From Halarcobacter sp. (GTDB lineage: Bacteria; Campylobacterota; Campylobacteria; Campylobacterales; Arcobacteraceae): DNA of 64,000 bases. Each line of letters starts with the position of its first letter. Positions within the stretch are counted from its first letter, which is position 1. The translations under genes were made by a program, and so were the position numbers. The DNA lies in the NCBI GenBank assembly GCA_963676565.1, contig OY781089.1, positions 3,040,001 through 3,104,000 on the forward strand, in the 5' to 3' direction. The notes under the pieces are model-generated. The model worked only from the letters and a program-made list of their open reading frames with translations, searched no databases and was not told the DNA's origin. Shown here in pieces: positions 31,047-41,524 of the stretch.

Positions 31047-31904
31047 TTATTTGAAAATTTTTTTGTATGAGTGACAGTAAGGAGTTTTCCCTGTTCTTTC
31101 ATAATAGTTTTGATGATAATCTTCTGCTTCATAAAATACACTTGACTCATATAAAGATGTAGCAACTTTATAATTCATATCTTCAAGTTCATCTACTAAT
31201 TCCAAAGCAGTTCTTTTTTGACCTTCATTTTGATAAAAAATCGCAGATAAATATTGACTTCCTATATCTGGTCCTTGACCATCAGTTTGAGTAAAGTCAT
31301 GGATTTCAAAAAAATGTTTAGCTAATTCTCTAAAAGAAACTTCACATTCATCATATTCGACCCTAACAACCTCTAGGTGACCAGTTCTTCCTGTACATAC
31401 AGCTTCATATCGAGGATTTTCCATATGTCCACCCATATATCCAGAAACTACAGAATGTACACCTTTGAATTTTTCAAAAAAATGCTCAACACCCCAAAAG
31501 CAACCAGCAGCAAAATATGCAAAGGCATGTTGTTCACAACAATTTTCTATACTTTTAAATGATAAAGATAATGAATTTACGCAGTGTCTTGTATTTTTTG
31601 ATGTGAAACCTTCACCTTCAAAAACATGACCTAAATGTGCACCACAATTGGCACAAATAATTTCAACTCTTCTTCCATCTGCATCGGGAACTCTTTTTAC
31701 AGCTCCCACAATATCATCGTCAAAGCTTGGCCATCCACAACCTGATGAAAATTTATCTTCTGATCTGTAAAGTGCAGTATCGCACTTTCTACATTTGTAA
31801 ACTCCATCTTGATAAAAGTCATTGTACTTACCAGAAAAAGGTCTCTCTGTACCTTTATTTTCTATTACATACTCTTCTTCAGGAGTTAATTTATTATAGC
31901 CCAT
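31047..31904 (-). CDS. msrBA: Bifunctional methionine sulfoxide reductase MsrB-MsrA
   Basis: GCGWPSF and RHCVNS (MsrB); GCFWGVE and AEDYHQNY (MsrA). Confidence 0.95.
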   Translation of the reverse strand: MGYNKLTPEEEYVIENKGTERPFSGKYNDFYQDGVYKCRKCDTALYRSEDKFSSGCGWPSFDDDIVGAVKRVPDADGRRVEIICANCGAHLGHVFEGEGFTSKNTRHCVNSLSLSFKSIENCCEQHAFAYFAAGCFWGVEHFFEKFKGVHSVVSGYMGGHMENPRYEAVCTGRTGHLEVVRVEYDECEVSFRELAKHFFEIHDFTQTDGQGPDIGSQYLSAIFYQNEGQKRTALELVDELEDMNYKVATSLYESSVFYEAEDYHQNYYERTGKTPYCHSYKKIFK

Positions 31905-32017
31905 ACGTCTCTCTTTACAAAAATTAATTGCGGTAGTTTATCAAAACAACAACAAAGGGTGCATTAATTTTTAATATAATCAACAGACTTTAGTTTTTTT
32001 TAATACTCAAAAATATA

Positions 32018-32632
32018 TTAATTTACTAAAAATCTTTGCTCTACTAAAAGTTTTCCCTTTTCATAAATCTTACCTTCAAAGATATCGCCTTCAACAAAAT
32101 TTCCAACACCCTTTGGTGTACCTGTCATTAGAATATCTCCATCTTCAAAAGATGAAAAAGTTAAAACTTCGTCAATAATTTCTTTTGGTTTGTTTATCAT
32201 TAAAGATACTCCACCTTTTTGTTTAAGTTCACCATTTATATAAAGTTCTAACTCTAGGTCTTCAATATTTCCATTAAAATTCACAAATGGAGAAAATACA
32301 GCTGAACCATTGAAACATTTTGCCCTTTCCCAAGGCAAACCTTTTTTCTTTAAAGAGCTTTGAACCTCTCTTAATGTTAAATCTAATCCAAATCCAACTG
32401 CAGAGATTTTATTTTCTTCTATCAAAAAAGAGATCTCAGCTTCATAATGACATGAACTATTTCCCTTTGGAAAATTTAATAGTGTAGAAACAGAAGAATT
32501 AGGTTTAAAAAAGAAAACCATCTCCTCAGGAGTTTCATTATTTAACTCTTTAATATGTTCTGTATAATTTCGTCCAATACATACAACTTTTGATGGATAT
32601 ATTCTCTCTTTTGCTATTAAAATATGATTCAT
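32018..32632 (-). CDS. Fumarylacetoacetate hydrolase family protein
   Basis: CIGRNYTEH, HYEAE, DLTLR and TGTPKGVG motifs. Confidence 0.92.
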   Translation of the reverse strand: MNHILIAKERIYPSKVVCIGRNYTEHIKELNNETPEEMVFFFKPNSSVSTLLNFPKGNSSCHYEAEISFLIEENKISAVGFGLDLTLREVQSSLKKKGLPWERAKCFNGSAVFSPFVNFNGNIEDLELELYINGELKQKGGVSLMINKPKEIIDEVLTFSSFEDGDILMTGTPKGVGNFVEGDIFEGKIYEKGKLLVEQRFLVN

Positions 32633-33468
32633 TTATTTAATACCTTTAATCTTTTTTGGGAAAATGCATCTCCTGATTTTTTATACCATGTTATTGCTTT
32701 TTGTTTATCTTTTTCAACGCCATAACCCTTTTCATATAAATAACCAAGCCAAGACATCGAATGTTTATCATTTTGTTGTGCAGCTTTACTAAATAATTCA
32801 AATGCTTTTTCGTAATCCTTTTCTACACCATAACCTTTTGCATAAAGGTATCCTAATTGAGATATTCCATATGCATTATCTTTTTTAGCAGTTTTTTCAT
32901 ACCAATATCTAGCTTTTTTATAATCTTTTTCTACTGACCAGCCCATTTCGTAATAGTATCCAAGTTCATTTTGAGCATAAGTATCACCCTGAAATGCTGC
33001 TTTTTTAAAATATGAAAAGGCTTTATTTAAATCCTTTTCTACACCATTACCTCTATCATATAAATAAGCAAGTTCCCTTTGGGCAACTGAGTCATCTTTA
33101 CTAGCTGCTTTTTCTAACCAAATATATCCATTTTTGTAATCTTTATAATCTAAAACATAGTTTAAGCCTAATTCTCTTTGGGAATATATATCTCCAGCTT
33201 TAGCTGCTTTTAAATACCAATTGGTAGCTTTTGTTTTATCTTTATCTACTATTTTTCCAACATTGTAATAATATGCAACCCAACTTTGTGCAATAACATC
33301 ACCCTCTTTTGCCTTTTCTAAATAACAATAAAATCTATCCATATTAACTGGAAAACTTTTACAATCATCTATATTGGCATATTTTTTATTTGATAAATTT
33401 GCCTGTCCACTTGCACACCCTGTCAACAAAAAACCTAAAAATACTAAAACAATTAACTTAAATTGCAT
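32629..33468 (-). CDS. Sel1-repeat lipoprotein
   Basis: Lipobox LTGC and about six Sel1 repeats (G.GVEKD..KA). Confidence 0.9.
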   Translation of the reverse strand: MQFKLIVLVFLGFLLTGCASGQANLSNKKYANIDDCKSFPVNMDRFYCYLEKAKEGDVIAQSWVAYYYNVGKIVDKDKTKATNWYLKAAKAGDIYSQRELGLNYVLDYKDYKNGYIWLEKAASKDDSVAQRELAYLYDRGNGVEKDLNKAFSYFKKAAFQGDTYAQNELGYYYEMGWSVEKDYKKARYWYEKTAKKDNAYGISQLGYLYAKGYGVEKDYEKAFELFSKAAQQNDKHSMSWLGYLYEKGYGVEKDKQKAITWYKKSGDAFSQKRLKVLNK

Positions 33469-33477
33469 ATCTTTCTC

Positions 33478-34134
33478 CTAAATTAATTTTTTTATTAAAT
33501 CATTGATAATAACTGCTGTTAAACCCCAAATTATGTCACCTTTGTAGTCATAAACCCAAACTCTATGTCGTCTATGTCCCCAAGGTTTATGATAAGCTTC
33601 AGGTAAACCTAACTCTTCAACAGGAAAAAGAATCTCTTTATTCCCATCAGCATCTATAGTATATGGATGAACTTGATACTTTAAATTATATTCAATTGGG
33701 GGATTATTTTTAAAAAAATCTAAGGGAATAATTAATACATCTTCAACTTCATTTTTATCAATTACCATATTTTTGATTGCTCTTTTTTTTACTCTAGCTA
33801 CAAAAGATTCAACCAAAGCACCAATGGGAGCTACATAAGTGTCTAATTGCCCTATTACTTTGATATCTTTTTTCTTAATACCCAATTCTTCATAGGTTTC
33901 CCTTAAAGCAGTCTCTTTAAAATTTTTATCATTTTCTTCTTTTCTTCCACCAGGGAAACATATATCACCACCTTGTCTTATGTGGGCAGCTCTTTTTTGG
34001 AAAATCAAATAATAATCATCTTTTTTCTTAACAATAGGAATTAAAACTGCTGAATTAAAATATCTATCCCTTGCCATAACTCCTGGTTTTTCAGGTAGAT
34101 TTTTGACAAGTTTTTTAAGCTCTTTCTTTTTCAT
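33478..34134 (-). CDS. Nudix hydrolase, CoA pyrophosphatase type
   Basis: SAVLIP, GDICFPGG...TALRETYEELG and IWGLTA motifs. Confidence 0.9.
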   Translation of the reverse strand: MKKKELKKLVKNLPEKPGVMARDRYFNSAVLIPIVKKKDDYYLIFQKRAAHIRQGGDICFPGGRKEENDKNFKETALRETYEELGIKKKDIKVIGQLDTYVAPIGALVESFVARVKKRAIKNMVIDKNEVEDVLIIPLDFFKNNPPIEYNLKYQVHPYTIDADGNKEILFPVEELGLPEAYHKPWGHRRHRVWVYDYKGDIIWGLTAVIINDLIKKLI

Positions 34135-34413
34135 ATTACCTTATTCAAATTTTTAAAAAAGTATAGCAAAAAAATTTAAAATATCATATTTTTGTCATAT
34201 GTTCATTATATAATTTTGTTATCCCCATTCATTGAAAACTCATAGAATGATGATTAGTTTAAATACTAGTCGACCTTTTTTAAATAATTTAAAGTCGTAT
34301 TCGCTCCACGACTTTAAATTAAATAACTAGTTTTGATATATTCTTATTACAATATTTATTTGAGTTTAACATTTTTCAAGTATCATTTTAATAAAATAAT
34401 AAAAAGGCTATGG

Positions 34414-37400
34414 ATGAAAGTTATTTTAATATTTCTCTTTCTTTTTACATCTATTTTTGCTAAAGAAATTTCTTTTACAAAAGAGGAAAAAGAGTTTATT
34501 AAAAATCATACGCCTATAAAAGTCGCCTCAATAAAATCATATATCCCCTTTAGTTATGAAAAAAATAATAATAAAATCGGACTTACACATGACCTACTTG
34601 ATTTAATATCTAAAAAAAGTGGCTTAAAATTTGAAAAAGTAAATGGCTCATGGTCAACAATTTTTAAAAAGTTTAAAAATAAAGAGGTTGATATAATAAG
34701 TGAAATCTCTTATAAAAAAGATAGAGAAGCCTATACAGTTTTTACAGATTCTTATTACGAAGTACCAATTGGGATTTTTACAAATGGACTAATAAAATAT
34801 GAGGGGATAAAATCTTTAGAGGGTAAAAGAATAGGAATCTTAAAGGGTTCATTCTTTATTCAAGTTTTAAAAAATATTAAAGATATTGAAGTTATTGAAT
34901 TAGAATCAGAAAAAGAAAAACTTTTTTATCTACTAAACAACCAAGTTGATTTAATAATTAGCAATGCTATGACAGAAAACTACACCTATAATCTAATGTA
35001 CAAAGATGTAAAACTAAGTGGTTTCTTTGAAAGTGAACAAATAAGTAAAGAAGATTTGCGATTTGGAATACAAAAAGAGAATAAAATATTAAGTTCAATT
35101 TTTTTAAAAACCTTTAATTCTATCTCATTAACAGAGATGATTCAATTAAAAAAAGACTGGATATATTCAAATAAAAACCTTTATTCTAAAGCATATCTAA
35201 CAATTGAAGAAAAGAATTTCATAGAAGACAATGTGATAAAAGTTGGAATAGAAAGTTCTAAACCATATATCTTTTTCAATGAAAAGAAAAATGATATTGA
35301 TGGATTTTATTCTGATATTTTTAAACTGGTTTTAGAAAAAACTGGTTTAAAAGTTGAATATGTAAAAGATTCATGGAATAATCTATTAAATAGTTTCAAA
35401 GAGGGAGAAATTGACTTACTTCCAGCAACTTTTTATAATAAAAAAAGAGAAAACTTTGGCTTATTTACAAAAGAATACTACAAAGTTAAAGAGTATATTT
35501 ATACAAAATCATTAAACTACAATGACTTAAAAAACTTAAACAATAAAAAAGTTGCTATTGTAAAAAGTTATGCAACAATTGATAAGCTTAAGAAAAAATT
35601 TCCTGATATTCAAATAATAGAAACAGAAAGCCTAGCTCAATCAGTTTCTTTAGCTTTAAATGAAAGTGTTGATGCCCTTATTGATTATCATTTAGTAGTA
35701 GAAAACTTTTTATTTGAAAATGCAATTTTAGATTTAAAAGGTAGTCCACAAAACTATTTAAACGCTGCTTCAGTTCACTATTTTTCTAAAAAAGATCAAC
35801 CTATTTTAAACTCTATTTTACAAAAAGGTTTAGATTCAATCCTAAAAGAAGAAAAAAATAAACTATACAACAATTGGTTTACTGCAAGTAGTATTTTAAG
35901 TTCCCAAAATTCAAAAACAATAAAAGAGAAAGAATTTATTCAAAAACACCCTCTAATAAAATTTAGAGTAAGACCAAATAGAGCTCCTTATGAATTTGAA
36001 AATAATGGAGAAGCTGCAGGGCTAGCAGTTGATTATGTAAGAGAGAGTGCAAAAAAAATGGGTCTTAACGTTGAGTTTATTATAAATGATGATTCTGTTA
36101 AAGATGCATTTTATCATATAAATAATGATAGAAAAAAATATGATACTTTGATTTATACAGTTAAAAATCCTGATAGGGAAAAGAAATTTTCTTTTGGTAT
36201 TGAATTTCTATCTTACCCACTTATGATTATTACAAACAAAGATGCAGATTATGTTGGATCAATGAATAGTTTAAATAATAAAACAGTAGTTTTAGAAAAA
36301 GGTTTTTTAACAAATAAATGGATAAAAAGAGATTATCCAAAAATAAATATTATAAATGCAAAAGACACAAAAAGTGCATTAGAGATGGTAAATGACAATA
36401 AAGATATTACATATATAGGGAATTTAGGAGTTGCTAATTATCTTAGAGTTCATAATAAATTAGAAAATATAAAAATAGCTGCCCCAAGTGGATATGGAGA
36501 TATAAACTATAGTTTTGTAGCCCCTAAAAAATGGCCAGAGTTGGCTTCTTTACTAAGTAAGGGATTTAAGCAAATAACTCCAACTGAACATATAAAAATT
36601 CAACAAAAATGGTTTTCAGTTCAAGAAATCAAACAAACAGATTATTCTTTAATATTTAAAACCTCTATTATTTCACTTTTTATAATAATTTGGATTTTAT
36701 GGTGGAATAGAAAACTATCAAGGGAAAAAGATAAAACTAAAAAGGCATTGGATGAACTTCAAAAAGCTAAGAATCTTTTAGAAGAAAAAAATAAAGAAGT
36801 TTTAATCTCTCAACAGTTTTTAGAATCGGTTTTAGATGAGAGTCCTAATCCAATAATTATTAAAGATTATAATAATAAATTTATTTTAGTAAATGAAGCC
36901 TTAGCTAAACTTTATAATACAACAAAAGAAAAATTAATTGGAAAAGAGGATGGTTCATTTCTTGATGACAAGGAGATGGCTAACTTTTACAAAGAGAATA
37001 CTAGAAGCGTTATGGATAAAGGTAAAACTCAAATTGTATATGAAGATTCAATGGATTTGAAAACTGGCGAGATTAAAAACTTCATGTCCATAAAAAAACC
37101 ATTTAAAGATACTAATGGGAATCAACTAATATTAGTTATTGCAAATGATATTACAGAAATTAAAAAACTTGAAGCTGAAAGATTAAAAAATCAAGAATTG
37201 ATTTTCCAACAATCTAAAACTGCTTCAATGGGTGAGATGATAGGAAACATTGCCCACCAATGGAGACAACCTTTATCTATTATATCAACTGCTTCTACTG
37301 GTCTTATTGTGGAAAAAGAATTGGGAGTTTTAGATGATAGTAAACTTGTTGATACTCTAAAAAGTATAAATGATTATACACAACATCTATCTAATACTAT

Positions 37401-37896
37401 TGAAACATTTAGGGAGTATATAAAAGATACTAAAGAGTTTAAAGAAGTTATATTACAAGATAGAATAAAAGTTGCAATAAGTATTATAAATGCCTCTTTT
37501 AGTAGTAATTTTATAGTTATAAAAACAAATATTGAAGAGATAGAACCAATTAAGATTAAACTTGTTTTAGGTGAACTATCGGAAGTTTTAATTAACATCT
37601 TTAACAATTCAAAGGATGTTTTAAAGGAAAGAAAAATACGATCCCCTTGGGTTGATATTCAATTAAAAAAAGATATAGACAAAGCAATAATAACTGTTGA
37701 AGATAATGGTGGGGGGATTGATGAAAAGATTATTGAAAGAATTTTTGAGCCCTACTTTACAACAAAACATCAATCTCAAGGTACAGGATTAGGTCTTCAT
37801 ATGAGTTATAAAATTATAACTGAAAGTTTAAAAGGTTCAATATATGTTAAAAACACTTCAAATGGAGCGAAGTTCTTTATTGAATTACCCCTTTAA
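34414..37896 (+). CDS. Sensor histidine kinase with three periplasmic substrate-binding domains and PAS
   Basis: Signal peptide from ATG 34414, three repeated EKEFI..PF/PY modules, TM, PAS, AHQWRQPL, GTGLGL. Confidence 0.88.
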   Translation: MKVILIFLFLFTSIFAKEISFTKEEKEFIKNHTPIKVASIKSYIPFSYEKNNNKIGLTHDLLDLISKKSGLKFEKVNGSWSTIFKKFKNKEVDIISEISYKKDREAYTVFTDSYYEVPIGIFTNGLIKYEGIKSLEGKRIGILKGSFFIQVLKNIKDIEVIELESEKEKLFYLLNNQVDLIISNAMTENYTYNLMYKDVKLSGFFESEQISKEDLRFGIQKENKILSSIFLKTFNSISLTEMIQLKKDWIYSNKNLYSKAYLTIEEKNFIEDNVIKVGIESSKPYIFFNEKKNDIDGFYSDIFKLVLEKTGLKVEYVKDSWNNLLNSFKEGEIDLLPATFYNKKRENFGLFTKEYYKVKEYIYTKSLNYNDLKNLNNKKVAIVKSYATIDKLKKKFPDIQIIETESLAQSVSLALNESVDALIDYHLVVENFLFENAILDLKGSPQNYLNAASVHYFSKKDQPILNSILQKGLDSILKEEKNKLYNNWFTASSILSSQNSKTIKEKEFIQKHPLIKFRVRPNRAPYEFENNGEAAGLAVDYVRESAKKMGLNVEFIINDDSVKDAFYHINNDRKKYDTLIYTVKNPDREKKFSFGIEFLSYPLMIITNKDADYVGSMNSLNNKTVVLEKGFLTNKWIKRDYPKINIINAKDTKSALEMVNDNKDITYIGNLGVANYLRVHNKLENIKIAAPSGYGDINYSFVAPKKWPELASLLSKGFKQITPTEHIKIQQKWFSVQEIKQTDYSLIFKTSIISLFIIIWILWWNRKLSREKDKTKKALDELQKAKNLLEEKNKEVLISQQFLESVLDESPNPIIIKDYNNKFILVNEALAKLYNTTKEKLIGKEDGSFLDDKEMANFYKENTRSVMDKGKTQIVYEDSMDLKTGEIKNFMSIKKPFKDTNGNQLILVIANDITEIKKLEAERLKNQELIFQQSKTASMGEMIGNIAHQWRQPLSIISTASTGLIVEKELGVLDDSKLVDTLKSINDYTQHLSNTIETFREYIKDTKEFKEVILQDRIKVAISIINASFSSNFIVIKTNIEEIEPIKIKLVLGELSEVLINIFNNSKDVLKERKIRSPWVDIQLKKDIDKAIITVEDNGGGIDEKIIERIFEPYFTTKHQSQGTGLGLHMSYKIITESLKGSIYVKNTSNGAKFFIELPL

Positions 37897-37900
37897 TATA

Positions 37901-38317
37901 TTATAATTTCCTATTTTGATATTTTGACCAATCTGGCATCTCATGAATATACCCATCAAATAATGATGAAGATATTATAAAATCGGCTGTTTGTCTATTT
38001 GTTGCAATTGTAATTCTATAGGTATCGCATATTCTTCTAAGAGCGGTAATGTCAGGTTCATGGGGTTGAGCTGCCATAGGATCAACAAAGAAAAATAAAA
38101 TATCGATTTTCCCTTCAGCTATCATTGCTCCTATTTGTTGATCTCCACCTAAAGGACCCGATTTTAATCGGTGAACTCCAAAACCTTTTTCTTGTAAAAG
38201 TTTTCCTGTGGTTCCAGTTGCAAATATCACATGTTTTTGTAAAGTACCTTTATTAAATTGTGACCAATCTATCAAATCAAGTTTTAAGTTGTCATGGGCA
38301 ACTAAAGCTATATTCAT
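37901..38317 (-). CDS. mgsA: Methylglyoxal synthase
   Basis: ALVAHD, ATGTTG, SGPLGGDQQIG and PHEPD motifs. Confidence 0.96.
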   Translation of the reverse strand: MNIALVAHDNLKLDLIDWSQFNKGTLQKHVIFATGTTGKLLQEKGFGVHRLKSGPLGGDQQIGAMIAEGKIDILFFFVDPMAAQPHEPDITALRRICDTYRITIATNRQTADFIISSSLFDGYIHEMPDWSKYQNRKL

Positions 38318-38389
38318 ATTCGTCCTTTTTATTAAATATAAATTTCTAGTAGATGGTAGATATTCTATCCAAAATGGGATATTAAATTA

Positions 38390-38908
38390 TTAAACTACAT
38401 TTTCTAATAATATATCTTTTGCCCTTGCAACTTCAATAAAAGCCTCATGTGTACCACCAACATCAGGATGTACTTTTTTTACTATAATTTTATAAGCCGT
38501 TTTTATTTGCGTTTTTTCTAGTTGCCCATGAATAGGTAAGTCTAAAAGTTTTCTGTATTTTCTTTCTATTTCTTGATTTGAATTTTCTTTTTTTCTAAAA
38601 AAGCTGTTAATATTTTCATCAAATTCTTTTTGATTTTTTCTTTGGGTAAAAAAGGCTTCTTTTTGGATTATCTCTTTGTCTTCTTCCCACTTTTGTGTAG
38701 TAAAAACTTCACAAGATTCAAAGGCAATTTTTCCATTTAAAATAAGCTCTTCTAAATCAAAAAAGACCATCTCATATGGTTCTTCAAGGTATGCAATAGC
38801 TTTGTAATTCTTTATTTCAATCTTTTCAATCCAAACAAAATCTCTAAGAACAATATCTTTGTTGTAAATGATATAATCTTCTTCTAAAAACTGTTCATAT
38901 CCTTGCAT
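38390..38908 (-). CDS. Protein with C-terminal J-domain
   Basis: IKTAYK...VHPDVGG...F motif. Confidence 0.75.
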   Translation of the reverse strand: MQGYEQFLEEDYIIYNKDIVLRDFVWIEKIEIKNYKAIAYLEEPYEMVFFDLEELILNGKIAFESCEVFTTQKWEEDKEIIQKEAFFTQRKNQKEFDENINSFFRKKENSNQEIERKYRKLLDLPIHGQLEKTQIKTAYKIIVKKVHPDVGGTHEAFIEVARAKDILLENVV

Positions 38909-38970
38909 TGTAATCCCTTATAAAACTTTATATGCAAGAAGTGTGCTTTTACTAAGTATTTAATTAATAA

Positions 38971-39116
38971 AAAGATTGATTTAAGAAGTAAGATTTCAAA
39001 AGAAATCAAGGCTAGAATGAAAATAGATTGAGGAGTTTACTTAAAGTAAATGACTCAATCTATTTTACTGCGAAACGCAGATTTATGAAGAAAGATGTTT
39101 ATTAGAATAAATCTTT
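38971..39116. repeat. Structured palindromic dispersed element, copy 2
   Basis: TCAAGGC...AAAATAGATTG-AGGAG-TTTAC/GTAAA-TGACT-CAATCTATTTT...AACGCAGA. Confidence 0.7.
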
Positions 39117-39121
39117 CTGAA

Positions 39122-40654
39122 TTAATGTAAGAAGTGTCTAACACCTGTAAAATATAACGCCATCCCATGCTCATTAGCAGCATCAATAACCTCATCATCT
39201 CTTACTGATCCACCTGGTTCAATTACACATTTTACACCAGCTTCAGCTGCTGCATCAATTGAATCTCTAAATGGGAAGAATGCTTCAGAAGCAAGTACTG
39301 AACCACTTACATCGATACCCATGTCTTCTGCTTTTCTAAGTGCTGCTTTAGCTGCGTCAACTCTTGAAGTCATCCCCATACCAATAGCAACAACTGCAGA
39401 ATCTTTTACATAAACAACACAGTTAGATTTAGTCCCTGCTGCTACTTTAACAGCAATTTCCATATCTTTTTTCTCTTGCTCACTTGCTTCTCTTGTTGTT
39501 TTAAGTTCTGCATTTTTAACTTCATCAACTCCTACAGAATCTGAATCTTGATAAACAAATCCACCATCAACAATCTTGAAGTTAAAGTCATCATTTGCTA
39601 AATCTAATTTAGCAGTACCTTGTTTAAATAGTTTTAGTCTTTTTTTCTTGTTAAACTCTTCAATTGCATCATCTGTGAAATCAGCAGCAAATACAACTTC
39701 CAAAAAGATTTCATTCATTTTTTTAGCTAATTCACCATCAACTACACCATTTACAGCAACAACTCCACCAAATGCAGAAACTGGGTCACATTTTAATGCT
39801 TCAGTATATGATTCAAATAAAGTATCTTTAATAGCAAATCCACAAGGATTTCCATGTTTTACAATACAAACAGCGTTATCATCCCCAAAGTTTGCAGCTA
39901 TTTTTGCTGCACCACTAATATCACCCATATTGTTAAATGATGCTTCACCTTTTACAGTGATAAATTTTTCTGATAAATGCTTATCAAACTCGTATAATGC
40001 ACCTTTTTGGTGTGGATTTTCTCCATATCTTGTATCAAATACTTTTTCACCAACGATGAATTGTTTTGCTCCCATTCCACCATTGAATCTTTTATTCATA
40101 TAATTTGCAATCATTGAATCATAAGCAGCCGTATGCTCATATGCTTTAATCATCATATCTCTTCTAAATTCAATAGTATTAGTATCATTTTTAAGGTTGT
40201 TTAATACCACATCATAATCAGCTACATCAGTTACAATGATTACAGAATCATGGTTTTTAGCAGCAGATCTAACCATTGCTGGACCACCAATATCAATATT
40301 TTCAATAATCTCTTCAAAGTCATCAGTTTTTTCAATAGTTGCTTTAAATGGATAAAGGTTTACACATACTAAATCAATACCTTCAACACCTAACTCTTTT
40401 GCTTGGTCAAGGTGTGATTGTTTGTCTCTTCTATGTAAAATACCACCATGGATATATGGGTTTAAAGTTTTAACTCTACCTTCAAAACACTCTGGGAATT
40501 TTGTAACTTCATTTGCTTCAATTACTGCAATTCCAGCTTCTTTTAGTTTGTTGTAAGTACCACCAGTTGAAATAATTTCATATCCTAAAGATACTAACTC
40601 TTTAGCAAAGTTTTCAACTCCACTTTTGTCGCTAACGCTAATTAATGCTCTCAT
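39122..40654 (-). CDS. purH: Bifunctional AICAR transformylase / IMP cyclohydrolase
   Basis: [28 protein letters not shown] and C-terminal RHFLH. Confidence 0.98.
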   Translation of the reverse strand: MRALISVSDKSGVENFAKELVSLGYEIISTGGTYNKLKEAGIAVIEANEVTKFPECFEGRVKTLNPYIHGGILHRRDKQSHLDQAKELGVEGIDLVCVNLYPFKATIEKTDDFEEIIENIDIGGPAMVRSAAKNHDSVIIVTDVADYDVVLNNLKNDTNTIEFRRDMMIKAYEHTAAYDSMIANYMNKRFNGGMGAKQFIVGEKVFDTRYGENPHQKGALYEFDKHLSEKFITVKGEASFNNMGDISGAAKIAANFGDDNAVCIVKHGNPCGFAIKDTLFESYTEALKCDPVSAFGGVVAVNGVVDGELAKKMNEIFLEVVFAADFTDDAIEEFNKKKRLKLFKQGTAKLDLANDDFNFKIVDGGFVYQDSDSVGVDEVKNAELKTTREASEQEKKDMEIAVKVAAGTKSNCVVYVKDSAVVAIGMGMTSRVDAAKAALRKAEDMGIDVSGSVLASEAFFPFRDSIDAAAEAGVKCVIEPGGSVRDDEVIDAANEHGMALYFTGVRHFLH

Positions 40655-40746
40655 TAAGATTTACCTTTTGATTGTTGTTTCTTGTAAGTTTTCGCGGATT
40701 ATACTTAAAGTTTATTTAATAAAGGCTTTTATAAGTTTATAGAAGA

Positions 40747-40767
40747 GGAGATTGAATTTCAATCTCC
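40747..40767 (-). terminator. Terminator after the NosL-like gene
   Basis: GGAGATTGAA/TTCAATCTCC inverted repeat. Confidence 0.6.
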
Positions 40768-40776
40768 CTATGGATT

Positions 40777-41478
40777 TTATTTTCTTCCTAAGAAAAGACC
40801 AACTTGTTGTAAAGGTTTCCCTTTCATCTCACCACAAGTTTTATTTTCAGTAATATAAGCTTTAGCTTCTGCTACTGAATCAAATTTTACATCAATTTTT
40901 TTACACATTTTATTGTAAATTTTTTCACCCATTTTTGCAGCTTTTGCTTGTCTTTTTAAGATCATTGCTTTCTCTTTTTCCATCCCTTTTGCAACTAACT
41001 CATAAACTTCATCATATTTTTTTATCTCACCACCATTTGCTTTTTGGAAAGCTATAGCATCTGATTCATTAGCAAATCCATACTTACTAGTCATACTCAT
41101 AGTACCAGGCTTAGAACTTCCAACAACATAAGTAGCATCTTTTGCATCTATAAATTTTAAAGTTTTATTATCAACAACTTTCTCATCAGTCAATTTTGTC
41201 CCATTTAACTCTTTATCTTCAACCATACAATGGATTGAACAATACTGTTTTGTGTGACCTTCATGGTTTGCTGCATGATTTGTTTTATAAAACATTGGTA
41301 AAGTCATACCACAAATTGGACAATATTTTTTTGTTTTACCCTCTTGAACAATTGTTGCTTTTTCCATAGGCACTGCTTGATACATCATTTTTTTTGGTTT
41401 TTTATCCATATCCCCCGCACCAAATGCAAATGTTAAAGATATAATAGCCAAAAGTGACACTTTGAAAATTTTATTCAT
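40777..41478 (-). CDS. NosL-family periplasmic metal-binding protein
   Basis: Signal peptide, CPICGM, YCSIHC, YVVGS..PGTMS and F...NGG. Confidence 0.8.
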   Translation of the reverse strand: MNKIFKVSLLAIISLTFAFGAGDMDKKPKKMMYQAVPMEKATIVQEGKTKKYCPICGMTLPMFYKTNHAANHEGHTKQYCSIHCMVEDKELNGTKLTDEKVVDNKTLKFIDAKDATYVVGSSKPGTMSMTSKYGFANESDAIAFQKANGGEIKKYDEVYELVAKGMEKEKAMILKRQAKAAKMGEKIYNKMCKKIDVKFDSVAEAKAYITENKTCGEMKGKPLQQVGLFLGRK

Positions 41479-41524
41479 CTTCTTCTCCTAAAATATATAT
41501 ATTGATATAATCTTACTCTTTATA

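Noticed and set aside
32629..33468. Regular repeats of about 108 bp resembling an array
   Set aside because: They are coding Sel1 repeats, not CRISPR; there are no identical repeats with spacers and no cas genes.
34333..34413. Upstream extension of the large kinase ORF
   Set aside because: ATG 34414 follows an AAGG and begins a clean signal peptide.
37711..37716. G6 tract as a phase-variation site
   Set aside because: Short, in frame and encodes the conserved DNGGGI kinase motif.
38931..38950. Sigma-54-like promoter (AAGCAC-N5-TTGCA, minus strand) before the J-domain gene
   Set aside because: It lacks the essential GG of the -24 element.
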